Source: Sphaerobacteraceae bacterium
GTDB lineage: Bacteria > Chloroflexota > Chloroflexia > Thermomicrobiales > UBA6265
Assembly: GCA_016781925.1 (NCBI GenBank)
Contig: JADDPH010000091.1
Location: forward strand, 33,017 to 97,016
Direction: 5' to 3'
Length of the DNA: 64,000 nt
Every line of letters starts with the position of its first letter. The stretch's first letter is position 1. A program made the translations under genes and the position numbers. The notes under the pieces were generated by a model that was not told the DNA's origin, did not search any database, and worked only from the letters and a program-made list of their open reading frames with translations. Shown here piece by piece: positions 51,992 through 60,944 of this stretch.

Positions 51992-52780
51992 ATGAGCGAC
52001 GACAGCAAACAATTCGCCCCAGGCATTGGGACCGCACCCACGACACCGATCTACCCGGCCGGTCAGGAACGTGCATCGTCCGAGGGCTCCTGGCCAACGG
52101 ATGGTAGTGAGGCCGGCCACGACATTGAGACGGCGCGCCCGGCACGAACCCGCGGCACAGGCGCGCGTGCCGTGCGCGAAATCGTCGAAACGTTACTTTT
52201 GGCTGTGGTCATCTTCGTGGGCGTCCGCCTCGTCGTGCTCAACTTCCGTGTCGACGGGTTGAGCATGTACCCGAACCTGACCGACCGTGAAATGCTCCTG
52301 GTCAACCGCAACGTCTACTTTCACTTTGACATCAACGACATCTTGAACCTGCTGCCCGGGGAAGATCGAAGCGGCGAGCGAATTGTCTATCCGTTTCACC
52401 CCCCGGAACGAGGCGACATCATCGTCTTCAATCCCCCGGTCCGCTCCGACAAGCCCTACATCAAGCGGGTGATCGGACTCCCCGGGGAGACCGTCTCTGT
52501 GCAGGATGGTTACGTCTACATCGATGGTCAGCGACTCAATGAGCCCTACATCGACGGCCCAGTGACCGCCTGTGGAGCCCAGAGACAATGTGATCCCGTC
52601 ACCGTGCCGGAGGGCGAGGTCTTCGTCATGGGCGACAACCGAACGAACAGCTCGGACTCTCGAACCTTCGGGCCGGTAAACGTGGATCGGATCATCGGCA
52701 AAGCCTGGATCACCTACTGGCCGACGGACGACATCGGTTTGGTCCCCCACCAAGATTATGCCGACTTCCCCGAGTCCTAA
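51992..52780 (+). CDS. lepB: Signal peptidase I
   Basis: SMYPNL (Ser), RGDIIVF, YIKRVIGLPG (Lys), MGDNRTNSSDSR. Confidence 0.95.
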   Translation: MSDDSKQFAPGIGTAPTTPIYPAGQERASSEGSWPTDGSEAGHDIETARPARTRGTGARAVREIVETLLLAVVIFVGVRLVVLNFRVDGLSMYPNLTDREMLLVNRNVYFHFDINDILNLLPGEDRSGERIVYPFHPPERGDIIVFNPPVRSDKPYIKRVIGLPGETVSVQDGYVYIDGQRLNEPYIDGPVTACGAQRQCDPVTVPEGEVFVMGDNRTNSSDSRTFGPVNVDRIIGKAWITYWPTDDIGLVPHQDYADFPES

Positions 52781-52925
52781 TCCGTAGGCATTTGTCCCTC
52801 CTCCGTCGGCCCGTGTAAAATAGGCGTGTCGGGCGGTTCTTCCGCCCAGCATGCAACCCAGCAGCCTCGCATCCTCCTTGCATTGCGATCACTGGGTGGT
52901 CGGTTGACGCCGTGAGGGCCTTCCG

Positions 52926-53477
52926 ATGATCGAAACCGTGGTCGAAAGCATTCGAGTCAGCCTGGTCACCCAGCATCGTGTCGTCATCCTCAAGGAGGTA
53001 CAGGGGGAGCGCCACCTGCCGATTTGGATCGGCGCGTACGAGGCGGAAGCCATCGCCATGGAACTCCAGGGCGTGGCGGCGGCCCGTCCGCTCCCCTACG
53101 ACTTGATGAAGGCGCTTATCGGAGACCTGGGAGGCAAGGTCGATCGGATCCTTGTCACTGACCTCGCTCAGGATGTCTTCTACGCCCGCATCGTGGTGGA
53201 GCAAAACGGTCGAGCGGTAGAGATTGACTCCCGCCCCAGCGATGCGATCGCCTTAGCGGTACGCGCGCAGGTGCCGATTCTGGTGGAGGAGTCGGTCATG
53301 GATCGGGCCGGGGTAGCCCTAGACGGCTCCGATGACACCAACGAAAGTTCTACAACAGAAGGGGGATCGCTGGAGCCAGCCACGGCAGAGCGCCCTGATG
53401 ATGAGCGGTTGTCCGTCTTTCGCGATTTTATCAATACCCTCGACTTTGAGGACTTCGACAAGAAGCGAGGGAACTGA
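52926..53477 (+). CDS. Bifunctional nuclease family protein (DUF151)
   Basis: VVILKE, LPIWIGAYEAEAIA, RPLPYDL, FYARI, IDSRPSDAIALAVR. Confidence 0.92.
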   Translation: MIETVVESIRVSLVTQHRVVILKEVQGERHLPIWIGAYEAEAIAMELQGVAAARPLPYDLMKALIGDLGGKVDRILVTDLAQDVFYARIVVEQNGRAVEIDSRPSDAIALAVRAQVPILVEESVMDRAGVALDGSDDTNESSTTEGGSLEPATAERPDDERLSVFRDFINTLDFEDFDKKRGN

Positions 53478-53504
53478 GCCGGGCGGGAACCCGGCGGAGA
53501 ACCT

Positions 53505-53873
53505 ATGGAGACCCCAGACCTTCAGATAAAGCGCATCGTCCTGGATCGTATGGCGCGGTGCAGCGTCTGCCACCACTCCTTCGTGCCAGACGATATCCAT
53601 GTCATCTCGCGGAAGTCCGACATGTGGATGATGGTAGTCGAGTGCTCCGAGTGCCAGGGCCGTAACTTTGTGGCGGCCGTCCTCAACGACGGGGACCCGG
53701 GCGAGGCGCAGCTCGCCCTCCGGCGATTGAGCGAGAGTGGTGTCAAAGACGACACGGGGGGCTTGCAGCCATCGCCTGCCCTACCGAAAGTCTCTACGGA
53801 TGACGTGCTCGACATGCATGAGTTTCTGGCCGACTTCGACGGGGACTTTCAGCGCCTCTTCGTCCGAGGCTGA
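53505..53873 (+). CDS. Hypothetical zinc-ribbon protein
   Basis: CSVC...CSEC pair; C-terminal DDVLDMHEFLADFDGDF; GGAG SD. Confidence 0.8.
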   Translation: METPDLQIKRIVLDRMARCSVCHHSFVPDDIHVISRKSDMWMMVVECSECQGRNFVAAVLNDGDPGEAQLALRRLSESGVKDDTGGLQPSPALPKVSTDDVLDMHEFLADFDGDFQRLFVRG

Positions 53874-53995
53874 CCTCGTCCACCGTCAGGTTCTGCGAAC
53901 CCAAGCGTGCCTGGCTTCCCCGGCTGCCTTTCAGCCCGTGGCGCCTGTTCTAAATACGCAGCACGCAACCTGGGCATGGCGGCCATAATCGCGCG

Positions 53996-54052
53996 TTGAC
54001 GGGGTTCCGGCCCAAATCTATACTCCAATTGACTTCGTGAATTTGGTCACGG
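53996..54052 (+). promoter_or_regulatory. Promoter plus downstream palindromic operator for nuoEF-like pair
   Basis: TTGACG-17 nt-TATACT (53996-54024); CGTGA-atttgg-TCACG at 54036-54051. Confidence 0.65.
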
Positions 54053-54099
54053 GAAGTTAGAGCGGCAGGCGCGCTCCCGCGACATAAGGGGGGCAACGC

Positions 54100-54660
54100 G
54101 TGGCACAGACTGCGGAAGCCGGAATCGATCTCGCCGTGGTGCGAGAACTGATGTCCCATTTCAAGCCGCAGGACCACCAGGAGGCCCAGGAACTCATTCT
54201 CTCCGCCCTTCAGGAGATCAATGAGCACTTCGGGTACGTGTCGCTCGAAGCTGCCGAGATCGTCGCTGATCACCTGGACACGACCGTCAACCGCATCTAC
54301 GGTCTTCTAACCTTTTATGCAGACTTCCGGACCGAGCCCCGTGGCCGGCACTTTATGCTGCTCTGTCATGGGATGTCCTGTTATGTGCTGGGTTCCCAAC
54401 AACTCGTCCAAGATCTCAAAGACCGGTATGGGGTTGGCGATGGCGATACCACCGCGGACGGCGAATTAACCGTCCAGGTGGTCAACGGCTGCCTCGGCGT
54501 CTGCGATCGTGCGCCGATCGTCAAACTCGACGACAGCTTCCACGGCGACCTGACCCCGGACAGCCTAAACGACGTTATCCAGCGCGCGATCGCGGCGCGT
54601 CGCGCCGCCGAGGGCTCTCATGTCAACCCTATCCGCGACCTCCACTCCAATCCAGCTTAG
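54100..54660 (+). CDS. NuoE/HoxE-like [2Fe-2S] subunit
   Basis: LQEINEHFGY, TFYADF...PRGRH, CHGMSC...CLGVC. Confidence 0.92.
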   Translation: MAQTAEAGIDLAVVRELMSHFKPQDHQEAQELILSALQEINEHFGYVSLEAAEIVADHLDTTVNRIYGLLTFYADFRTEPRGRHFMLLCHGMSCYVLGSQQLVQDLKDRYGVGDGDTTADGELTVQVVNGCLGVCDRAPIVKLDDSFHGDLTPDSLNDVIQRAIAARRAAEGSHVNPIRDLHSNPA

Positions 54661-56353
54661 TTCTCGGGCCGATTTTGAGGCGTACCGGGATCAAGCGGTA
54701 CAGCGCTGGGCTTCACTCTGGAACGGCAACCAGACGGTGGTCAGTGTAGGCATCGGGAGCTGTTCCGTCGCCAAAGGCGCTCTCGATGTCTTCGCGGCAT
54801 GTGAGGCGGCCCTCCAGGGACAGGAAGGGATCGTTCGCCAGGTCTCGTGTGACGGCGCCTGCTGGATGGAGCCTTGGATTGAGGTCAAGCGGCCCGGCCA
54901 GCCGCCGGTGATCTACGGCAACCTGGCGCCCAGCGAAATTTCCGATGTCCTCGCCGGCCGGCTTGAGGCGCGGGCGATCGGCGTACGTGCGGAACAGCCG
55001 CTGGGTTCGATCCCGCCCCTCGCCAGACTACCGTTCTTCAAACATCAGCAGCGGATCGTCCTGGCAAACGTCGGGGTCATCGATCCGGACTCGATCGAGG
55101 ACGCGATCGCCCGAGGGGCGTATAGCGCGTATCTCAAGGTGCTCTTCGACCTGTCGGGCGAAGAAGCAATCGCGGAGCTTACTGCCTCCGGTCTCCGCGG
55201 CCGCGGCGGCGCCGGCTTTCCAGCCGGCATTAAGTGGGAGAGCGGGCGCAAAGCAAAGGCGCGGCCGAAGTTCGTGGTGTGCAACAGCCACGAGGGTGAG
55301 CCGAACGTCTACAAGGACCGTCGAATCCATGAGGGCGACCCACACCGGATCCTCGAGGGGATCCTCATCGCCTGCATCGCCTGCGGCGCTGAACGCGGGT
55401 ACAACTACATTGGCGGTGAATATCCTCTCGCAATCAAGCGGTTCCGGAAGGCGGTGCAGGACGCCGAACGCCTTGGCTTAATTGGCAAGAACGTCCTCGG
55501 GTCGGGCAAGAACGTTGCCTTCCGCGTCCGCACAGGCGGTGGCGCCTACATCTGCGGCGAAGGTTCGGCGCTGATGTACTCCATCATGGGCGTTCGCGGG
55601 CAACCCCGCACGAAGCCCCCCCGCTCGGTTGAAGAGGGGATTTGGAAGCGCCCGACAGTCGCGAACAACACGGAGACCCTTGCCAACGTGCCCGATATCA
55701 TTCTCAAGGGGGGGGAATGGTACGCCGGCATCGGGACAGAAAAAAGCAAGGGCACGAAGCTGATGACGGTCCAGGGGCCGCTCAAGACCATGGGTCTGGT
55801 CGAGGTCCCGATGGGCATTACCCTTCGCACCTTAATCGAAGAGGTGTGGGGCGGGATGCGGGATGGCTACCGGTTCAAGGGGATTCAGACCGGCGGTGTC
55901 TCCGCGGGTCCGTTGAAGGAAGAGCATCTGGACCTGCCCATCGACTTTGATTCTCTGACGTCAGAGGGCGGGATGCTCGGGTCGGGCGGGTTTGCCGTCT
56001 TCGATGAGAGCGTTTGTGCGGTGGACTACGCTCGCTACCTCACAGCGTTCAACCGCTATGAATCATGCTCGAAGTGCGTGCCGTGCCGCCTGGGGAACCC
56101 GGCGCTTGTCGAAATCTTGGACCGCATCCGGCTCGGGCGCGGCGCTGAGGCCGACCTGCCGCTCATGGACCGCACGAGCAAACACATCATCGAGTTGTCC
56201 TTGTGCGGCCTGGGTCAGGTTGCCCCGGCACCGCTGCTTGGCATGATGAAGATGTACCCCGAAGAGTTCCGGGCTCATATCGTGGACGGAGTGTGTCCGT
56301 CTGGTGTCTGTCCGATCAGCGCAGATGACGCGGTCCTCGCCGCTGGAGATTAA
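54620..56353 (+). CDS. NuoF/HoxF/HydB-like FMN subunit with N-terminal thioredoxin-like domain
   Basis: SGLRGRGGAGFP, CNSHEGEP, GAYICGEGSAL, NNTETL, ESCSKCVPC...SLCGLG, terminal H..C...C. Confidence 0.92.
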   Translation: MSTLSATSTPIQLSSRADFEAYRDQAVQRWASLWNGNQTVVSVGIGSCSVAKGALDVFAACEAALQGQEGIVRQVSCDGACWMEPWIEVKRPGQPPVIYGNLAPSEISDVLAGRLEARAIGVRAEQPLGSIPPLARLPFFKHQQRIVLANVGVIDPDSIEDAIARGAYSAYLKVLFDLSGEEAIAELTASGLRGRGGAGFPAGIKWESGRKAKARPKFVVCNSHEGEPNVYKDRRIHEGDPHRILEGILIACIACGAERGYNYIGGEYPLAIKRFRKAVQDAERLGLIGKNVLGSGKNVAFRVRTGGGAYICGEGSALMYSIMGVRGQPRTKPPRSVEEGIWKRPTVANNTETLANVPDIILKGGEWYAGIGTEKSKGTKLMTVQGPLKTMGLVEVPMGITLRTLIEEVWGGMRDGYRFKGIQTGGVSAGPLKEEHLDLPIDFDSLTSEGGMLGSGGFAVFDESVCAVDYARYLTAFNRYESCSKCVPCRLGNPALVEILDRIRLGRGAEADLPLMDRTSKHIIELSLCGLGQVAPAPLLGMMKMYPEEFRAHIVDGVCPSGVCPISADDAVLAAGD

Positions 56354-57360
56354 CGAGGTTTCGACCGAACCCGGTCCGTATCGCTCTTGCGGCTCCAGGT
56401 AACGAAGCGCGGCGCCCGTCCGGGCGCCGCGCTTCGTTTTGCGGTCGGACCTTGGCGAGCCAACAAGGACATGGCTCCAAGGATCAGCGCCGCTCCCACG
56501 ATCTGCCAGATGCCGAGCCGTTCCCCAAGGATCACCGTGGCCAGGACGAGTGCGACGACCGGCTCGAGCATCGCCAGGATGCTGGCATCGCCGGTGGGTA
56601 GGGCGCGCAGGCCCACCGTGTAGAGGGCGATGGGAGCAAGAGTTGTCACCATGCCGGTGTACCCCCCGATGAGCAATATTCCCTTCACATCCGGCCACGC
56701 TAAGGGTGAGACCAACAGCTTCACCACGATCAACCCCGCCGTGCCGATCATCAGGTGGTACAGCAGCACAGTCTGCACACGGTAGCGCCGGAGAAGAGGC
56801 TTTCCCATCAGGCTGTAGGCCGCATAGCTTGTGGCCGAGATCAGACCAAACGTGATGCCGGTCAAACTTCCCCGCAACGCCTCCAGCCGGTAGACCTGGA
56901 CAACCAGCAGGCACCCCAAAAACGAGACACCAAGTGCACCTAGACGCGCCCGCGTCAACGGCTCACCGAGGAAGAGCCGTGCTCCAAGCACGACCATCGC
57001 GGGCGCAAGATAGAGCAGGAGGGTGCCGACGGCCACGCTGGTTCCGGAGAAGGTGAAAATCAGGGCCAGGTAGAAGATCGTGACCGTCAGGATTCCGAAG
57101 CCAATCGTGAAGGGGAGGTCAGCCGGGCGTATCCGGAATGCGTCACGATCCTGCACCAGCAACCAGGCGCCAAGCACCAGCGTGGCCGCACCCGCACGGA
57201 TGGTCACAACGGTGACTTCATCAACTGCGACGTAGTCCGACAGAATTCGATACGCAACGCCGATCGTGCCCCAAAGCCCCGCCGCCGCGAGTACGGCGGC
57301 GTATGGCAACCACCGATATCGTCTCTGCTCCAAGTCGCCCGGGGCGCGACAATTACCCAA
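56350..57360 (-). CDS. EamA/DMT family transporter
   Basis: About 10 TM segments; LWGTIG, LLYLAP, FLGEPL, ASILAMLEPV..LGE; start uncertain. Confidence 0.88.
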   Translation of the reverse strand: MGNCRAPGDLEQRRYRWLPYAAVLAAAGLWGTIGVAYRILSDYVAVDEVTVVTIRAGAATLVLGAWLLVQDRDAFRIRPADLPFTIGFGILTVTIFYLALIFTFSGTSVAVGTLLLYLAPAMVVLGARLFLGEPLTRARLGALGVSFLGCLLVVQVYRLEALRGSLTGITFGLISATSYAAYSLMGKPLLRRYRVQTVLLYHLMIGTAGLIVVKLLVSPLAWPDVKGILLIGGYTGMVTTLAPIALYTVGLRALPTGDASILAMLEPVVALVLATVILGERLGIWQIVGAALILGAMSLLARQGPTAKRSAAPGRAPRFVTWSRKSDTDRVRSKPR

Positions 57361-58339
57361 GCTCTATCGTCATCCCGACGCCCTCGTCACGCGCCCTGTC
57401 CACCGCCCGTCGCGCCACGACCATGTCCTGCACCGCGTTGCCTACCGACTTGAAGAAGGTCACCTCGTTCTCCGAGCTTCGACCAGGGACGAGCCCGGCT
57501 GCCACCATTCCGAGCTCGCGCTCAAGGAACTCGCGGCCGATGATCCCCTCGCGAAGCGGCTTGATCAGATCGCCGGCCTCGGCTAGGGCGGCGTCCATCG
57601 CGTCGACCACGACCGTGGACCGGCGCACCGTCTCCGGCGGAATCTCCTGCATCTCCGGCGTGTAGGCTCCAACGGCGTTGATATGCGTGCCCACCTGTAC
57701 ATCGGCGTCGTCGAAGACCGGGGTGCGCGAGGTCGTGGCCGCACACACGACATCTGCCTCCCGAACCACCCGTCGGTCATCGCTGAATTCCAACCGTTCG
57801 AGCAGATCCTGCCAATCCGCGGCGACGGCGGACTGAAAGCGGTCGCGCGCATCCGGATTCGGATCGACCACGATCACGCGCTCAATCGGTCGCACCGCGC
57901 AGACCGCCGCCACCTGGGTGACTCCCTGCGCGCCAGCGCCAAACGTGACGAGGACCCGGCTATCCGCCCGGGCAAGGAGATCGGTGGCAGCGCCAGAAAC
58001 GGCCCCGGTCCTCAGCGCGGTCAGATAGGTACCGTCCAGGATGGCCAGCGGCTCGCCTGTGTCGGGATCGATCAGGCAGACTAGGGCGTGGATGAGGGGG
58101 AGTCCCCTGGCCGGGTTGCCGGAAAAGACTGAAACCACCTTGACTCCAAGCGCGCCAAGGGCCGGCACATACGCCGGCATGTAGAGCGCATGGGCGGCGC
58201 CCTCCTGGAGCGGGAGCACCGTTCGCAACGGGGAGATTGCTCTCCCCGCCGAAAGCTCGGCAAAGGCGACCTTCATCAGCTCAATCGCGTCCGTCATCGG
58301 CACCAGTCGGCGCAGTTCGGCCCGCGTCAGTGCTCGCAC
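57353..58339 (-). CDS. Ornithine cyclodeaminase/mu-crystallin family protein
   Basis: YMPAY, VKVVSVF.GN, LTALRTGA, GAGAQG, THINAVGA, FKSVGNAVQD; start GTG 58339. Confidence 0.92.
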   Translation of the reverse strand: MRALTRAELRRLVPMTDAIELMKVAFAELSAGRAISPLRTVLPLQEGAAHALYMPAYVPALGALGVKVVSVFSGNPARGLPLIHALVCLIDPDTGEPLAILDGTYLTALRTGAVSGAATDLLARADSRVLVTFGAGAQGVTQVAAVCAVRPIERVIVVDPNPDARDRFQSAVAADWQDLLERLEFSDDRRVVREADVVCAATTSRTPVFDDADVQVGTHINAVGAYTPEMQEIPPETVRRSTVVVDAMDAALAEAGDLIKPLREGIIGREFLERELGMVAAGLVPGRSSENEVTFFKSVGNAVQDMVVARRAVDRARDEGVGMTIELG

Positions 58340-58547
58340 GACTCCCCCTTTGCCACCCTCTGGCGTCTGCCTGCTAATCTCTATTGTCGCTCGGAGGGAC
58401 CGATTGTAAGAATCGAGCCGATCCATCGCAAGTGCGGGGCCCACCATTGGCCCCGGGGCCACGTGGTATACTCCGCCCGCCTCGCTGGGGTGACCACCCA
58501 ACCTTCATTCGCCCTTCATCCACCCGCCCTAGCGCTTGAAAGGACCG

Positions 58548-59078
58548 ATGACCGACCCGGGCTTGACCAACCGGCTACGGCAGCACTCGCGTCGCGCAGG
58601 GATCATGGTTGGCCTCTCGATGGCCCTCACGATCGCCATCTGCGTCGGCGGCTTCACCACCATCTATGCTCGCCTGGCCCCCTTTACCTCCGATTTTGTC
58701 GCCGCTAACACGCCTGTTCCCACGATACAGCCTCGGTCGACTCAAATCGCTGCGTCGGGCGGCGGCTCCAGGACGGAGGCTGTGCAGCCGACGGCCACGG
58801 CGCCGCCTCCTCCTCCCACGGCGACCGTCGCCCCGACTCCCACACCGATACCGGCGTTCGAGCCGGACCTCCAGTCGAATAGCGAGCTTGCCGTCAACCT
58901 ACGGCAGGAACCGGGAACCCAGGCCAGCATCGTGACCGTCTTGACGGCTCAAACTCCGCTGCAGTCTCTGGGGGAAGAGCAGACCGGTCCTGACGGAGAG
59001 ATTTGGATTCGGGTGAGAACAGAGGACGGCGAAGAGGGTTGGATCTGGCGGAACAGTGCCGATCCGTACCAGCCGTAG
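58548..59078 (+). CDS. Membrane-anchored SH3b-domain protein with Pro/Thr-rich linker
   Basis: One TM, PTATAPPPPPTATVAPTPTP linker, VNLRQEPGT...WIRVR...EGWI. Confidence 0.82.
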   Translation: MTDPGLTNRLRQHSRRAGIMVGLSMALTIAICVGGFTTIYARLAPFTSDFVAANTPVPTIQPRSTQIAASGGGSRTEAVQPTATAPPPPPTATVAPTPTPIPAFEPDLQSNSELAVNLRQEPGTQASIVTVLTAQTPLQSLGEEQTGPDGEIWIRVRTEDGEEGWIWRNSADPYQP

Positions 59079-59146
59079 ACCTCATCCTCACGTCTTGACG
59101 GCGACTGGTCTAGGGATCGATCTAAGCGTTGTGGAGGACCTGCGTG

Positions 59147-60208
59147 ATGCAGCGCGTAAGCATTATTGGACTTGGCCTAATCGGTGGATCCATCGGCCTC
59201 GGTCTGCGTCGGTGGTCCGACGCAAACGGCAAGACAGGCGCCGCGGCCCTGGAGGTCACCGGCTTCGACACGGATCTTGAGCAACAGCACTACGCGAAGA
59301 AGATCGGCGCCGTGGATCGCACCGAATGGGATCTTGCCAAAGCGGTCCGCAACGCGGATGTCATTGTCCTGGCGACGCCGGTTGCCGCGATCAAGGAACT
59401 CTTTGGCGATATCTCGCCGCACCTTAAGCCTCGTACAACCATCACCGATACCGGTTCCACCAAAGCTGAGGTTCTCGCTTGGGCGGACGAGCTGTTGCCC
59501 CGGACGGTTGGATTCGTCGGTGGGCATCCCATGGCCGGCAAGGCGCAAAGCATCGAGGCGGCGGAGGCCGACCTATTCAAAGGTGCCACCTGGTGCGTCA
59601 CTCCCTCGCTCCATGCCGGGGAGGAAGCGATCCGCAACGTCCTTGGGATGATCGCAGCCCTCGGGGCCGAGGCCTACTTCATCGACCCCGCGGAACACGA
59701 CGCCTACGTCGCCGGCGTCAGTCACCTACCCTTCGTCCTCTCGGCGGCACTGATGAACGCCGTCAGCGGTGACGCATCCTGGCGAGATATGAAGACCCTC
59801 TCGGCAGGCGGTTTTCGCGATATGAGCCGGCTCGCCGCCGGCAGCCCGGACATGCATCGCGACATCGTGCTGACGAACCGGGACGCAATCAAGCGATGGA
59901 TCTCAACCTACATCGGGGTGCTGGAGCGACTGCAAGCCGACCTCGAGGCGTCGTCCGACGACGTGCCGGTCCGGCTGACGGAGTTCTTCACGAGTGCTCG
60001 TGACGCTCGGGCGGATTGGGCGACACAAACAACTCGGGAGGGTGAACTGCTCCAAGGGACGGAGGCCGAGCTAGGCCCCGGAAAGCTGACGGACCAGATG
60101 GGTCGCATGCTCCTGGGTGGGTTCGCCCGAAATCGGCGCTCGTCCCTTGAGCGAGGGACCAGGTCGGACGTTCCCAAGGATCGAAACGGGAAGCACCCCC
60201 GCCAGTAG
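59147..60208 (+). CDS. tyrA: Prephenate/arogenate dehydrogenase
   Basis: IIGLGLIGGS, TDTGSTK, GGHPMAG, HDAYVAGVSHLP, GFRDMSRLAAGSP. Confidence 0.92.
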   Translation: MQRVSIIGLGLIGGSIGLGLRRWSDANGKTGAAALEVTGFDTDLEQQHYAKKIGAVDRTEWDLAKAVRNADVIVLATPVAAIKELFGDISPHLKPRTTITDTGSTKAEVLAWADELLPRTVGFVGGHPMAGKAQSIEAAEADLFKGATWCVTPSLHAGEEAIRNVLGMIAALGAEAYFIDPAEHDAYVAGVSHLPFVLSAALMNAVSGDASWRDMKTLSAGGFRDMSRLAAGSPDMHRDIVLTNRDAIKRWISTYIGVLERLQADLEASSDDVPVRLTEFFTSARDARADWATQTTREGELLQGTEAELGPGKLTDQMGRMLLGGFARNRRSSLERGTRSDVPKDRNGKHPRQ

Positions 60209-60291
60209 CGAGGCACCGTTCTTCACTCGGTTTGCTTGCTGATTCGGGTCCGGCACACGGATCCAACGTGACGTTGCGCTTCGATGCCAGT

Positions 60292-60774
60292 CTAGGGGAG
60301 GATCGACCAGCCAGCCGGGAGACGGTAGTGATACAGCGAGTCGGTCGGCTGCCCATCGCACCAGCGCCGGCCACGGTCCTCACGTTGTAGCTCAGCGTAG
60401 CTGTTCTGCACCTGGACGATACGCCGCGCACTCAGGTTAAACACCACCAGGCCCGCGCACTCGGGCTCCAAGCTCCTCCGGCGTGTCAACTCGTCGAGAA
60501 CGCGGAACGGAGGCACGGCGCCGGAGTCGTCTGCGGTGAGCTGGCTCCGTATCGCGGCCAGATCGTCCATCGTGTTGTGCTCATCAAACACGGAGAGCCC
60601 ATGCACGACGCTCTCCGCGAACCGACCGTCCAGTTCGCCCGCGTAGCGCATCAATGTTTGGTGGTCGCGCGGCTGGCGACTGCAGGCCGCAGCGAGGATC
60701 TTCAGCCCATGGGCAGGGCCGGTGAAGCTGATGGTGCCGACCGGGTCGACCACCGTGAAACGCATGTCGGGCAC
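60292..60774 (-). CDS. Hypothetical protein
   Basis: 160-aa ORF with GGAG SD and globular composition; no family recognised. Confidence 0.75.
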   Translation of the reverse strand: MPDMRFTVVDPVGTISFTGPAHGLKILAAACSRQPRDHQTLMRYAGELDGRFAESVVHGLSVFDEHNTMDDLAAIRSQLTADDSGAVPPFRVLDELTRRRSLEPECAGLVVFNLSARRIVQVQNSYAELQREDRGRRWCDGQPTDSLYHYRLPAGWSILP

Positions 60775-60944
60775 TGTATGGACTTCTCCATCGCCGGAGC
60801 GTCGGAGGCGGCATGGCCACGTGTGGACGGCCGCTCACCGTTCCGACGGATTGGCGGGGAACGTACGGCTAATGTACCATAATCAGTGTCAACCCCTGAC
60901 TTGATTCCATGCCTCTGAGCGGCGTCGTGAATGGCTCCACTCCC

